Shown piece by piece: positions 39,040-52,879 of a stretch of DNA of 64,000 bases. A program made the position numbers and the translations under genes. The stretch is taken from the NCBI RefSeq assembly GCF_006345805.1, contig NC_043011.1, positions 8,618,001 to 8,682,000 on the forward strand, written 5' to 3'. Under the pieces are notes generated by a model. It ran no database searches. It was not told where the DNA came from and saw only the letters and a program-made list of their open reading frames with translations. Source of the DNA: Octopus sinensis. Lineage: Eukaryota. Each line of letters begins with the position of its first letter. Position 1 is the first letter of the stretch.

Positions 39040-39260
39040 ATGTTTGTGTGTCTGTGTTTGTCTCCCTAGCATTGCTTGACAACCGATGCTGGTGTGTTTA
39101 CGTCCCCGTTACATAGCAGTTCGGTAAAAGAGACCGATAAAATAAGTACCAGGCTTACAAAGAATAAGCCCTGGGGTTGAGTTGCTCGACTAAAGATGGT
39201 GCTCCAGCATGGCCGCAGTCAAATGACTGAAACAAGTGAAAGAGTAAAAGAGTAAAGAGT
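38837..39260 (+). mobile_element. SINE family A, full length
   Basis: Same head, body and tail; immediately followed by a SINE B. Confidence 0.9.
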
Positions 39261-39268
39261 ATATATGT

Positions 39269-39569
39269 GGAGGCGCAATGGCCCAGTGGTTAGGGCAGCG
39301 GGCTTGCGGTTGTAGGATCGCGGTTTCGATTCCGAGACCGGGCGTTGTGAGTGTTTATTGAGCGAAAACACCTAAGGTTCCACGAAGCTCCGGCAGGGGG
39401 TGGTGGTGATCCCTGCTGTACCTTTTCGCGGCAACTTTCTCTTACTCTTTCTTCTGTTGGCCACCCCACTTAGCCAGCGGGGTGGCATCATTTGAAGGCT
39501 AAGACAATGCAAAGCGCATTGTGACCAGCGATGTTTAGCAACATCTGATAGCCTGGTCGGTCACGTAAT

Positions 39570-39577
<8 letters not shown>
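39269..39577 (+). mobile_element. SINE family B head with a different 3' tail
   Basis: Matches 34609 to ~39440, then diverges (gccaccccacttagccagcgggg...tcacgtga). Confidence 0.7.
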
Positions 39578-39601
<24 letters not shown>

Positions 39602-39745
39602 CATCATCATTCGTTTAACGTCCGCTTTCCATGCTAGCATGGGTTGGACGATTTTGACCGAGGGTTAGCGAACCAGGCTCCAATCTTGATCTGGCAGAGT
39701 TTCTACAGCTGGATGCCCTTCCTAACGCCAACCACTCTGAGAGTA

Positions 39746-39802
<57 letters not shown>

Positions 39803-40826
39803 TTAAACATGTATATATGTCCATATATATATATATATATATATATAGACTTTATTTAAAGCAGCAGAAAATTCAACAAAACCTGTTACTCTGAGTTTCA
39901 CGTTTCCATTCGTTGGACAGTTTTTGCTATTCTAGCAGTTTTTGCTATTGAATTTTCTGCTGCTTTAAATAAAGCATATTACTCTACCACTGGTATTTGA
40001 GTACTCTTTTTTCCACCTTGTTTCACATTTATGTGTTTACTCCGGTATATATATACATATATAAGTTTATATATACATGTATAAGCATATATATATATAT
40101 ATATATATATGCTTATACATGTATATATAAACTTATATATGTATATATACTTATGCATGTATATATGCTCATATATATATATATATATATAATTTATATA
40201 TGTATATATACTTATGAATGTATATATGCTCATATATATATATATGCTCATATATATGTATATATTATATATATATATATGCTTATACATATATATATAT
40301 GTAGTCATACATGTCTATATGCCATTTACATTCAGCAAATTCCTTGTGCTGGTACTTAGGTAAATTTTTGCATTACTGAAACGGTCAAAACTAAACAGAT
40401 GGCAGGTGTTACAACAAACCACGCCTCATAGTTCTCTCGGATCAAGCCACACACACACACACACAATCTCACACATATGCACACATTTGTTCACTCACTC
40501 ACACTCACACTCACGCCCTTGCTCAAACACTTATTACATTCACTCACACACACACACACACACACTCATTAATCACTTTCTCTCACTCTTGCATATACAC
40601 ACACACACACACACATTCAGTTACTCATTCACACCACTACCCCCATGCAACCTGTGTTCTTTTTACAGTTTTTTTTTATATTTTTGTTACCCCTCTAAAT
40701 TTGTTTTTCTTTCCATATTTTCATTTTCCTCTCTGTATTCCATTATCTCCGAAATATATTCTAATATATTTGTTCTCCTCTCGTTACAGGTTCTACCTCC
40801 CACATTAAAGTGTTCTTTCCGTAAGC

Positions 40827-41095
40827 ATGCAAGCAGTGGTACCGAAATGTAACGGCCACACCGTTTTCACCCAGTGTGTGCGCTGTGCTCACACTTTGAC
40901 CAAAAATGTCCAAGTTGTATCATCCAAAGAACTGCAACAGCTGATGCAAGCAGTTCAAAATCTCTATTCCCATAACTATTGCACGTCCTGCTGCAAAATG
41001 CTGTCGCCGAAATTGAACCTGCATCGCAACACACGACTGTCTGAATCTCATCAGTTACCTTTGCTTCTGCCCATTGCCAATTTCTTCAATTTTCG
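40827..41095 (+). CDS. NAGS: Candidate first coding exon of NAGS (mitochondrial presequence-like region, MQAVVPKC...ANFFNFR)
   Basis: Unique sequence bounded by a strong acceptor (tttgttctcctctcgttacag|g at 40789/40790) and a donor (cg|gtaag at 41095/41096). The 90-codon open frame from ATG 40827 ends in phase 2, matching the phase-2 start of the 54314 exon (gives ..NFFNFR-CSSTTKPYW..). It has only two acidic residues and is rich in K/R/S/T/L. No direct homology is recognised for this part. Confidence 0.6.
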
Positions 41096-41149
41096 GTAAG
41101 AATTTTTGGATTCAGATGTCAGGCTTTTTATCTATATCAGTGGTTTGAT

Positions 41150-41703
41150 GGTTCTCAACCATTTTTTCCACATGCATCCTTTTGATTCCTCTGTTATCTG
41201 GGGGAACCCTTAGAGACGTTTGATGTTTAAAAAAATCCTGTTAGGTTTTTATAAATGAATTTTTTTAGGAATTGTGGATGTGTGGTAAGAAGCTCACTTC
41301 CCATCCACATGCTTCCAGGTTCAGTCCCACCACATGGCACCTTGGGCAAGTGTTTTCTACTATAGCATCGGGCCAACCAGAGCCCTGAGAGTGGACTTGG
41401 TAAATAGAAACGAAAGAAGCCTGTCGTATATACATACATATATATTCCGGGTTCTGGGATCCCTATAACTTAGTGGTTTGGCAAAAGAGACTGATAGAAT
41501 AAGTACTAGGCTTACAAAGAATATGTCCTGGGGTCAGTTTGTTCAACTAAAGGCAGTACTCCAGCATGGCCACAATCAAATGACTGAAACAAGTAAAAGA
41601 ATAAAAGAATCGTAGAAGTTGAACCACTTTATTGCAGATAAATTTTAACAATGGAATCTTGTGGACCCCTAAGGGTCATAGTCCCCAGTTGAGAGCCAAT
41701 GAT
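41150..41703. mobile_element. hAT-type MITE (ggttctcaacc...gttgagagcca) interrupted by a SINE
   Basis: Degenerate CAGTGGTTCTCAACC-like termini. A related copy at ~49320-49905 is also interrupted. Confidence 0.55.
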
Positions 41704-41814
41704 CTATATTATCTCTTGTCTTTTACTTGTCTTAAGCCACTCGGTTGCGGCCATGCTGGGGCTCCACTTTGCAGCGTTTTAGCTGAGCATGGTACTTATT
41801 GTTTTGCATTGGTG

Positions 41815-42090
41815 TCACACCGAATTATTGGAGACAAAGTGATGCCATCGGACACGAAGGATGCGGCATAGGCAGAGGTGATCGAAGGATTCTAGTCGCT
41901 TAATATCTTCCACCCTCATCGGCCATGACTCGCTGCCGTAAAGGAGAATCATTCACACTAGTGCTTGGTAGATCCTTACTTTGGTGGTGCGTTGGATCTC
42001 AGATCTTGACCGGAGTCATGCATTGAGTAGGTTGAAGGCTTGGCGAGTGAGGTCGATTCATGTTTTAATGTCAGCCTCACCTTGACCTGT
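41815..42090 (-). mobile_element. Degraded RTE-type LINE fragment (different subfamily) in NAGS intron 1
   Basis: Manual minus-strand translation gives ..TKVRIYQALV*MILLYGSESWPMRVEDIKRLESFDHLCLCRILRVRWHHFVSN.., with TGA stops where CGA (Arg) is expected. Confidence 0.8.
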
Positions 42091-44933
42091 TAGCTGTAAT
42101 GATGGCGCCAAGCTATACATATATGACAGGCTTCCACACAGTTTCTATCAAATTCACTCACATTGTATTATTAGTTTGCCGTTGGCCTGGGGCTATAGTA
42201 GAGGACACTTGCCCAAGATGCCACACAACAGGACTGAACCTGAGACCAAGTGGTTGCCAAGTGAGCTACTTAACCACAAACTGGCCTGCACCTATTGTCT
42301 ATCACTACTACTACTACTACTACTGCTGCTGCTGCTACCACCTCCCTGGTATGTCTAACAGACAAATTGGTAGTCATTAGAGCATTGGACAAGATACCTT
42401 GTGGTATTTATTCCTATTTCTTGCATTCTGAGCTCAAATCCTGCCATGGTCAGAATTTACCTTCCTTCCTTTTGGGGTCAATTATTAACATATTTACTGC
42501 CATGGCCTCTGACCGGAACTTATTGGTGATGCCATGTACTTTGTGCAGTTACACTGCATGCTGTTTAATTACAAGAAATTATAATTTTTTTTTTTTTCAT
42601 TTTTTTATAATATTTCCTAATTAAACTTAATTATTTTGCACACATTATTTAAATATTCTGGAAACCATTTCAAAGACATGGAATAAAATACTTTCTCCAA
42701 TTGTGAAAATGTACCGCAGCTGGTCCATGTGGCTGTTGCTTGAAGTTTGCGATGAACCACATGTGGTACATGTGGTACATGTGGTACATGTGGTAGTTTG
42801 AGAAGACAGGCAGAATTGTTTGAGTATCAGATGAGATGTCTTGTGGCATTTCTTCCGGTTCTTCACATTCTGAGTTCAAATCCAGCTAATAAATAACACA
42901 CTGTTTTAGGACAGAGGATGGGTAGCATTGCTATAATATCAAATGTGATACCTTGTGGTATTTTTAATGGATTTTTGTGTTTGTTCTAAATTCAAATCTT
43001 GCCAGGGACTACCTGGGTGGTAGGCTAATGTGTATGAACCCTGTTTAAAACTGTCCACCTTGGGTCTCTTTAGCAAGGTCCACATGGTTGTAAGCATTTG
43101 AGCCAAGTCCTCAGTTTGATGTTACCTTTCTCCTTCTCACTTGTCCACTAGTTTTAGCTTCCCTGTAAGGGTCATATCACTGCCTTTCTTCTTGGCTAAG
43201 AGATAGGAAAAGAAAAGGAAAGAAATACAAAAATGTGGTGCCTTGGTTTTTGTTGGGTTTGTTTGCTTGATTGATTCATTCATTGTTTCACATTCTGTCA
43301 GAGTTCCTCAATCAACAGATGCTAGCAAGCCTAAATCTTGTTTCTTTTTTAACTATTATATTAGTAATTAACATTCAAAAGAAAATTAATATTTTTGTGT
43401 CATTATTTTTTACGAGGTGTAATGTAAAATATGATGTAAATATTTTGAAAAGAAACTTTAAGCAATGCAAATGAGAAGTGATACAAAATATGTAATGTGA
43501 CGCCAATAAATAAAGACAAAACCATGGTATTGTATTATCATACACAGGTTGTTTAATGGTTCTATTATATTTCGGGAAAGATTCCCCTTATCAAATATAA
43601 GATAGAAGCGAATGCTTTCCAATTATATATTTGCATAGTGAATGTGCACAACCAAGCTGTAATCAACCTGGGAAACCTCCATGTTAAATAAGAAAAATAA
43701 GATTAGTTATATGAAGAAATTATAACCATTCAGCTGGTTACAATAATATTGGGCATCACAAGCTTTGTTGACTTAAATCTGAGACTTGTTTGGGGACTTA
43801 TTTCAGGGCACTAAACCCCAAAATTACATTCGTTTTGTTTTTTGCCTATCGCATTAATTTTTTTCTTCTATAACATACTCCTCCGACTTTTTTAAATGAT
43901 TTGCCATTAAAAAGTCACCAACCATGGGCACAGGTGTGGCTGTGTGGTAAGAGGTTTGCTTCTCAACCACATGGTTTTGGGTTCAGTCTCACTGTGTGAC
44001 ACCTTGGGCAAGTCTCTTCAACTATAACTTTGGGCCATCGTACATATCATCATCATCATCATCATCATGTAAAGTCTGCCTTCCATGCTGACATGAGTTG
44101 GACAGTTTGACTGGAGCTGGCCAGGTAGAAGAAAGACTACACCAGGCTGTTGTGTCTGTTTTGGCAGGGTTTTTACAGCTGGATGCCCTTCCAAATGCCA
44201 ACCACTTTACAGTGTGGACTGGATGCTTTTAAGTGGCACCAGCACCAGCAGGGTCACCAAGTAACATATGTCTGTGTGTGTTCCTTTGTATCCGTGTTTG
44301 TCCCCACCACCTCTTGACAACCGATGTTGACAGTTCAACAAAAGAGATTGATGAAATAAGTACCAAGCTTAAAAAAAAAATCAAAAAATAATCAAAAAAA
44401 GAGCACTGGAGTCGATTCATTTGACTAAGAACTCCTCTTCAAGGCAGTGCCCCAGCATGGCCACAGTCTAACAACTGAAACGAGTCAGAGATAAAAGAGA
44501 GAAGAATCGCAACAGCATTGACCAAACAGACGTTAGTGTCTTTCAAAGTTAAACCAATTCAAAGACAGATTTAATGAGTTCTTAATGCATCAATTTTGCC
44601 ATTTCAGTTATAGTCTTGGATTTTTCTGGTAAGACTTATTCTGGAAAGCGTCATAAAAAAGAGAAGATTGTTATCCATTCAACAACCAATAATGTCACGT
44701 TTTCTGTTTGCTTTTTAGTTGCAATTATTATTATTGATCTGAATGCACTCGTAACTCTCTGAGTGTTTGTACGGAAATAAACCTATCTGGCCTTGTTCGA
44801 TTGTTTTTAATGGCCTGGAAATGCGTTTTGTAGCTCTTAAGCGTGCTTTCACTTTTCGTATCAAAATAGCAGATGAGTCATTAGTTAAGAGTTGACAGGA
44901 GCAGGCAAAAGGTAACGGTATACTTAGAATCAG

Positions 44934-45163
44934 GCGGCGAGCTGGCAGAAACGTTAGCACGCCGGGCGAAATGCTTAGCGGTATTTCGTCTGCCGTTACG
45001 TTGTGAGTTCAAATTCCGCCGAGGTCGACTTTGCCTTTCATCCTTTCGGGGTCGATAAATTAAGTACCAGTTACGCACTGGGGTCGATGTAATCGACTTA
45101 ATACCTATGTCTGTCCTTGTTTGTCCCTTCTGTGTTTAGCCCCTTGTGGGTAATAAAGAAATA
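44934..45163 (+). mobile_element. SINE family C, young full-length insertion with 17-bp TSD
   Basis: ggtatacttagaatcag at 44917-44933 and 45164-45180; head gcggcgagctggcagaaacgttagc..gagttcaaattcc. Many more copies at ~7195, 8140-8700, 9205-9665, 27490-27730, 29313-30395, 37735-38170, 53520-54050, 61720-61885. Confidence 0.9.
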
Positions 45164-45789
45164 GGTATACTTAGAATCAGTCCAACATCATCATCGTCAC
45201 CATCATCATTATCCTTGTCACTGCCATCATCATCATCGTCATCATCATCGTCATCATTGTCATCATCATCGTCATCATCATCGTCATCATCGTCATCATC
45301 ATCGTCATCATCATCATCGTCATCAAGGAATCGTAAATTGTGGCGATTTGCTGTACTTAAGAAGACGTGTTGAGCGAAGCAACATTGCTGTCATCCATAC
45401 ATACACGGCTTGTCCTTTACAAGTGCCTGTGCCATGGGAAATGCACTTGGGCCAGTGGCACTTAAAAGGCACCCGGCACATTCTGTAAAGTGGTTGGTAT
45501 TAGGAGGGGCATCTGGATGGAGAAACCATGGCACAACAGACAATTAGTGTATGGACAGCTTCTGTCAAACCGTCCAACCCATGCCAGCATAGAAAACAGG
45601 CTTTAAATGATGATGATATTGTTATTATTATAGACATCACATAGTATACAGTATTGTGAGGTTGTTGATTGAAGACATTGTGTCTGCCGGGGGTTTGTAC
45701 TGTTTGTCGAGTCACAACAAGGACCTCAGACAGACGGTACTTTATGCAGCACACGCGCAGTTCCAAGTGATGCTGACTTTTGCAATACA

Positions 45790-47361
45790 TCTAGATTGCA
45801 GGGTCTGTTCTCATTACAAATGGAGGAATCCACATTTTGGCACAATGAGGCCCTGTTATTGATTTATGTGAGATATATTGAGCACGAGGCTTTTCGGGAA
45901 GAGATGTTGTTTTGCGAATCATTGGAAACAACCGCAATTGCAAGGGACTTCCACGGCAAACTTAAACCTTATTTGGATGCAAACAAAATACGAAAAAGAA
46001 ACTTACTGTCGTGTGCAGCAGATGGTGCAGCTGCTATGACAGGCAAGAAAATGGGATGCTTAAAAATGATGAAAGATGAAAATCCAAACTTTTCGATTGT
46101 CCATTGCGTCATACATTAAGAAAACTTAGTTGCCAAGAAACTGTCCCCTGTTGCTAACGGGATTCTATGGGCTGTGATCAAATGTGTGAATAGCATTAAA
46201 GCAAATCTAAAGTCGAACGTCTCCTTAAGTAGTTTTGTGTAAATCAAAGTGCCAAGCATGTATGATTATTGCTTCATACAGAAGTAAGGTGGCTGTCAAG
46301 TGGAAATAGCTTAAAAAAGGTTCATGGAATTATTTGATCAGCTTAATGATTTTGTCAATGATAAATGTGAAATGCTGTCAACAACAGCTGGAAAAGTGTT
46401 TGTCAGTTATTTGACAGACATCTTGGAGAAACTTGGAAACTTGAGTAAACAACTTGAAGGTGCAAATTTACATTTGCACCTTGTTGGTGCAAAAGCAAAG
46501 ATTTTCGGATTCATTACAGTCCTTGAAATATGCCAAAAGAAATTTCAGTCAGTTATAATGGTTGAGTAAAAGTGAGATAACGAATGAGGCTGCCACCGTA
46601 ATTATTGACCATTTGAATATCTTAATAAAGGACTTCAACGACAGATTTTGTGATTTGAAGGCAATGAATATTCCCTCGTGGTTAACCCAGCCATTGCTGA
46701 TTAATGTTTCTGGTGCTGTAGTTCAATGCCAAGAAGAGTTTTCAGAATTGCAACGTGAAGAATCAGTGAAGACTTTGTTTAACCCTTTTGTTACTAACAC
46801 GGCTGAAACCGGTTCTGGCTCTGAGTATAAATGTCTTGTTTTCATAAGTTTTGAATTAAAATCTTCCACCAAACCTTAGTCACAATTTATGTTCCTAACA
46901 CTAGCTTAATGATAACGGAAGTTATTTTACTAAATTCTTTGTTATATTTAAAATTAATTGAAAGAAACAGAGATCATCTCAACAGATGTGATGAGGTTGA
47001 AAGAAAACATCTCTCCATCAGCAAGAAAATTATTGATTCATCTTGCTTCATCTTATTTGGTCGAATGGGGATTCAGTGCAGTTGACAAGAGAAAACTGGC
47101 TTTGAATTACAAAATGTGGCGATTTACTGCTGAAGTTAACAAAATTGTTTCCTCGAATCTAGGATCTGTGCTATATGCACTGGGGTTCTCACTAAATGAG
47201 TCGAGATATCATTCAGCCAGGTAATTGAATTAAAAAGCGTGTTTCTGTATTAAAAAAAAAAAAATGGCGAGGGAGCATTAGATTTTTTGTTATTAAAATG
47301 TGGGGCCCCGGAAAACTTGTTATTAAAAAGTTGGGTCCCGGAAAAAGGTTGGGAAACACTG
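45790..47361 (+). mobile_element. Fossil hAT (Buster/Charlie-type) transposon, 3' part with right TIR
   Basis: Broken frames encode FSLQMEEST, LLIYVRY, DGAAAMTG, HCVIH, LLHTEVRWLS, YLTDILEKL and SSYLVEWGFSAV (dimerisation domain). Ends in ggttgggaaacactg (hAT-type TIR) preceded by subterminal repeats; interrupted by a MITE at 46783. Confidence 0.88.
46783..46985. mobile_element. piggyBac-like MITE (family 2) inserted at TTAA inside the hAT fossil
   Basis: Begins ttaa|cccttttgttac. Related copies at ~53676-53829 (opposite orientation, ends aaaggattaa) and ~63800-63945. Confidence 0.65.
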
Positions 47362-50300
47362 CATTAGGGTGTGATAAGACGTATGTGAGGGCAAGTGTTT
47401 TATGAACTCGAAACTCTGAGTAACCCTATGAACCAGTCATATCAATCTTTATCTAAATACTCTGTAGAGTGTGCTTCTCTTTCAGATTTATGATCTACTG
47501 ACAATACATATGTATGTATATTCTATGTGTGTATGTATGTATATAAATATATAACTGGCCCCCATGCCGTGGAACGTAAAAGGGCACCATTCGAGCGTGA
47601 TCGTTACCAACGTCACTTCACTGGCACCTGTGCCGGTGGCATCTATAAAAAGATTTGAGCGAGGTCATTGCCAGTACCGCCTGACTGGCCCCCATGCCGT
47701 GGCACGTAAAAGGGCACCATTCGAGTGTGATCGTTACCAACGTCGCTTCACTGGCACGTATAAAAAGATTTGAGCGAGGTCATTGCCAGTACCGCCTGAC
47801 TGGCCCCCGTGCCGGTGGCACGTAAAAAGTACCCACTACACTCTCAGAGTGGTTGGCATTAGGAAGGGCATCAGGCTGTAGAAACTCTGCCAGATTAAGA
47901 TTGGAGCCCTGTGCAGCCATCTGGTTCACCGGCCCTCAGTCAAAATCGTCCAACCCATGCTAGCATGGAAAGCGGACGTTAATCGATGATGATGATGATG
48001 TATAAATATATTGCTTTTATTGAATAACCATCTGGTGTAACATTACTTCCGATGATGTAAGAGAATACAAGTGTGATGGCCATTGAACTTATCCATGTGG
48101 CATTGATTTATTCTTTGTCTAAAGATACCAATAATGGTAACAGCTGTGTCTAAGAATCGTGGTTGGTCAGTTTGCTAGAAATAAGAGCTAGGTCTTTGTC
48201 GAATCGTGCACAGCTTGCAGTTATTGAAAAATGACTTGTTTAATGATGTCTGGAAACTAAAAGTTGATTTTTAAAAAAAAACAGAAATGCTTTTGATCAT
48301 AGGCCTGGCTTGAATCGGAGTCAACCATGGGTTAAACAACAACAACAACAGTAGCAGCAGCAGCAGCTGTTACCATGTAGATCAGGCATTCACATGACTT
48401 AGTCACATGACTACACACACACACACACGTGTGTGTGCGCATACATCCAAAGGAGGAACAGGAAGAGGAGTGTGATGGAGGTGACGATGGTAGTGATGGG
48501 GGTTTTGGCTTTTAGATCAGTCAGGATCAGAACAGACCCCTGTGACCAAAGTCATACCAATTCCAGCTGTGGCCATCCCTTCTTAATTCCAGGAACAGTG
48601 TACGGTGTCATCCAGTGTACCTGCATTTCCAATGATAAAGCATGTTTTGAAGGAAAATTAGCTGCTATGTCTAGCAGGCTGAGTAGAACTGAAATACCAT
48701 TAGATAGGTCCTTGGTTTGAATTCTCTGTTGTAGTTGTTGTTATTGTTGTTATTGTTACTTAGCTTTTGTCTTTTCTGGTGAATCATCACTCAGTGTTTA
48801 TTTTCCATGGGTTGTATGATTTGACAGGAGTTGATGAAGCAGGGGCTTTCATCAAGCTCCAGTTATCTGTTTTGGCATGGTTTCTATGGCTGGATGCTCT
48901 TTCTAATGCCTGTTACTTTACAGAGTTGACTGGGTGCTTTTTATGTGGCACCGGCACTGGTGAGGTCACCAAGTCACCTGCAAAACAAAGACCCCCTCAA
49001 AGGGGAAGAGAGGGAAGGGGTGATGAGGGTGGGTGGATTTGTGTCAGATGCTGGGAAGGTTGAAGTAAGACAGAGGGACGGAACCGGGTGTCTTGCGGTG
49101 GAAGAGATACGTGGCTGTCAAAGAGAAAATGGCGAAAATGTGTGAGGGTACAAGCTGAAATTACAGGTATTTGACAGGGGTGAGTGAATAGGTGAGTTCC
49201 TAAGAGTGGGGTATTGTAGTAAGTGGGTAACATGGGTGGAGGGAAGGGAGTGTTAGAAAGATGGGTTGTGAAACAGGGATTCATCAAGGCAAAGACATAA
49301 ATGGCTTGCATTTAGAGAAGGGTTTCTCAACCCTTTTTTTTTTAACCTATGGACCCTTCTGAATCCTATTTTACTCAAGTGATTCCTATTTTACCTTCCT
49401 CGCCATTCGGTATTTTAAAAATCCTATTATATTTTCATAATTATTATTAGGAAATGTATCAAATAATTACTAAAATATTTTGTGTATTGTAGAAGTGTAA
49501 GCAATTTATTGCAGGTAATTTTTTCTTTTAATGTCTTGCAAGGACTTTGTGACCCTGTCAGTGTAGGTGCCACTTAAAAGCATCCAGTCCACACTGTAAA
49601 GTGGTTGGTGTTCGGAAGGGCATCCAGCTGTAAAAACCTTGCCAAAACTGACCTCACCCGTGCTTGTGCCATGTAAAAAGCACTAAGTCCACTCTGCTGG
49701 GTGGTTGGTGTTAGGAAAGGCATCCGGCTGTAAAAATCCTGCCAAAACAGTCACAGAAGTACAGGCTTCAGCCTGGCTGGCTCTTGTGGTACCATCCTAC
49801 CCATGCTAGCATGGAAGACGGACATTAAACGATAATGATGATGAAATTCTATCATAATCTTACATGGACCCCACAAGGGTCATGTGGATCCCTGATGAGA
49901 ACAATTGATTTGTTGCTCAGATGGATGAAGCTATAATCAATAACTTATAATCAGAGGTGTTCTACCCATGACCACCTCTTCAAGTGTTTCACCAGCTTTG
50001 TTTTGTTGTTGGGCCCTTGATCTAGCAGACCTGTGATCATAGATATTCCTGCCACAGTTACATTCCCATCTTTTCATCAAACATAGTGTATCAAGGACTA
50101 CATTTATCCTATGTGTCATTGGTTGTGGTTAAGAAGTTCTTTCTTTGCAACCACCTGGTTTTGAGTTCAGTCCTACTCTGCAGCACCTTAAGCAAATGTC
50201 TTCCACTGTTGCTCCAGGCTGACCGGTGCTTTGTGGATGAATTTAGTAGACAGAAACTGTATGGAAGCCTCTCACACACACACACACCCTGGTTATTAGC

Positions 50301-51381
50301 TATGAAAGCAGTATTAATTCAAAATAGCTATCTGCATATCATATTCAAAGCAGATGTAAGCACCAGACTTAAAAAATAAGTACAAGGGTTGAATTCGTTT
50401 GGCCAGAATCTTTCAAGGTGGTGCTCCAGCATGACCACAGTTCAATGATTGCACAAAGTAGCAGATAAAAGATAGAAATACTTATTTCCTGGATCAGATT
50501 CATTCTAGAGCTTAGTTTTATTAAAGATTACATTCTCCTGAATTTGAGAGGGACACTCAAGATTTCCTGCAGGGTCTCCTTAATTGTCTCTAGGTGACTG
50601 TACATCTTTTGACACACACACGTTTTATATCCCACTTTTCCATGTCACCATGAGTTAGAGTAATACATTATTGAAGCATTATTTTACAGCTGGATGCCTT
50701 TCCTGTCACTTAGCCTTATCTATTCCTTTCAAGTATGGCATCTTTTACTTTTATCCTACATACCTTTGAAGATGCAATTTCGCTGCTGACAGGGACTTCC
50801 ACCATAGTATTACTGGTATAGGTGCCAGCGTGCCTGTGTGGTAAGAATCTTGCTGCCCAGCCATTTGGCTCTGGGTTCAGTTGTCCCACTGCATGGCACC
50901 TTGGGCAAATGTCTCCTAGTTTAACCTTGGACTGATCAAAGCCTTGTGAGTGGACTTGGGAAATGGAAACTGAAAGAAGCCCATCATGTACATAGATATG
51001 TTTGTGTGTGTATTTGTGTCTGTGTTTTTTGATTCACTTGACTTTAAAAAATTCTTTAAAGTGGTGCCCCAGCATGGCAACAGTCAAGCAGTGGTGGTGG
51101 GGTTGAACACACACACACACACACATCACATGATCAACCAGACTATCGGATGTTGCTATACATCACTGGTCACAGTGTGCTTTGCGTCATTTTAGCTCTT
51201 GAATGATGCCACCCTCCTCTTAGGCAAGCAGGCCAACATTGCCCCCCCCCCCCCACTGATCAGAAGGCCAGTCTGCCCTAGGGTGACCCATTTACGGCTG
51301 AGTGGACGGGGGCAACGTGAAATGGAGTATCTTGCACAAGAACACAGGGAATATATAAACACACACACACACACACTTAAC

Positions 51382-51412
<31 letters not shown>

Positions 51413-52340
51413 AAGATAAATAGGAATCTCCCAGATTCTCTTCTGCCATTTCCTTTCTCAAGTTCTTTGTAAAAAATGTTCTTCATTGTTCTTGCACTGA
51501 AGTGTACAATGATATATAATTAATTTATTTAATTAATTTAATTGAATTGAATTCAACCATGAATTTGCATGACTTTTATATCATTGTACGAAGCGATTGT
51601 CTGCAAGAATTAAAATTCTCTTATTTATTTTAACATCTCTTCTCCATTTTTAATTAAATTGTTGAGTTTTATGGGATTTCTTTCCATAAATTCTCAACAC
51701 ATCATATACAAGTATTATAAATATATATATATATATATAGAATATAATTAAGATTCAGTTGAATTAGGTACTTAAATTGAGGCACCTTCGTTAGGTCGAT
51801 CTAATTTGCACACCCAAACAATATCAGGTAACTATCAGACTCTGTGCAGAAGTGTTTTCACTTGATATTCTTGCAGAGTATACAGATAACATGAACCAAC
51901 TTAGGGAACAGATCTGCTCCTTGTTCAAACAGCCATAATGAATTGACACCTGTACATCTTTGTTACTCATTTATATTATATTATATTATATTATATATAT
52001 TATATTATATTATTATATTATATATATCTTAGAATTTCTATTTTTGAAAACCAGTGGATGTATTCCACTGAATTTTAGGTAAATCATCCTTCGAACAGCC
52101 AGTCAGTAGTGACGCCTGCTGGGTTTGGCTACTCTACGTTGATAAGAGGCAAATATCCTGAAGCTAGTCTGTAGATGCCAGAATAGCAAGGGGAAGCAGC
52201 TGACCTCCCCCATTCAAAGGTTATAATGGACACAGATTCGTGTGTTACATAGATTGCTAGAGGTGATGGCCTCTTAGAGCTAATCAACGGCAGCATTCGT
52301 CCTATATTTCTGGACTGCTATATTAGCTTGGCAATAACTA

Positions 52341-52397
<57 letters not shown>

Positions 52398-52879
52398 CAC
52401 ATATACATATATACGTGAGTGGATTTGTGAAATGGAAACTGAAAGAAGCCCATTTGAGCTTGGTCAATGCCAGTGCTGCCTGACTGGCTCCCATGCTGGT
52501 GGCATGTAAAAAGCACCATTTGAGCCTGATCGTTGCCAGTGTTACCTGACTGGCTCCCATGCTGGTGGCACGGTAAAAAGCACCATTCGAGCATGGTCAA
52601 TGCCAGTGCCAACTGACTGGCTCCTGTGCTGGTGGCACATAAAAAGCACCATTTGAGCGTGGCCGATGCCAGTACCGCTTGCCTGGCCCTCATGCCGGTG
52701 GCAAGTAAAATGCCCCCACTACACTCTCGGAGTGGTTGCCATCCAGCTGTACAAACATTGCCAGATTGGATTGGAGCAGCCTTCTGGCTCACCAGCCCTC
52801 AGTCAAACCGTCCAGTCCATTCCAGCAAGGAAAATGGATGTTAAACGATGATATATATATATATATTATATATATATAT

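Noticed and set aside
42670-42879. ORF with (YHM)n repeat and a possible transposase-like tail
   Set aside because: The repeat comes from a 9-bp tandem (catgtggta)x4; no diagnostic DDE motif is recognisable.
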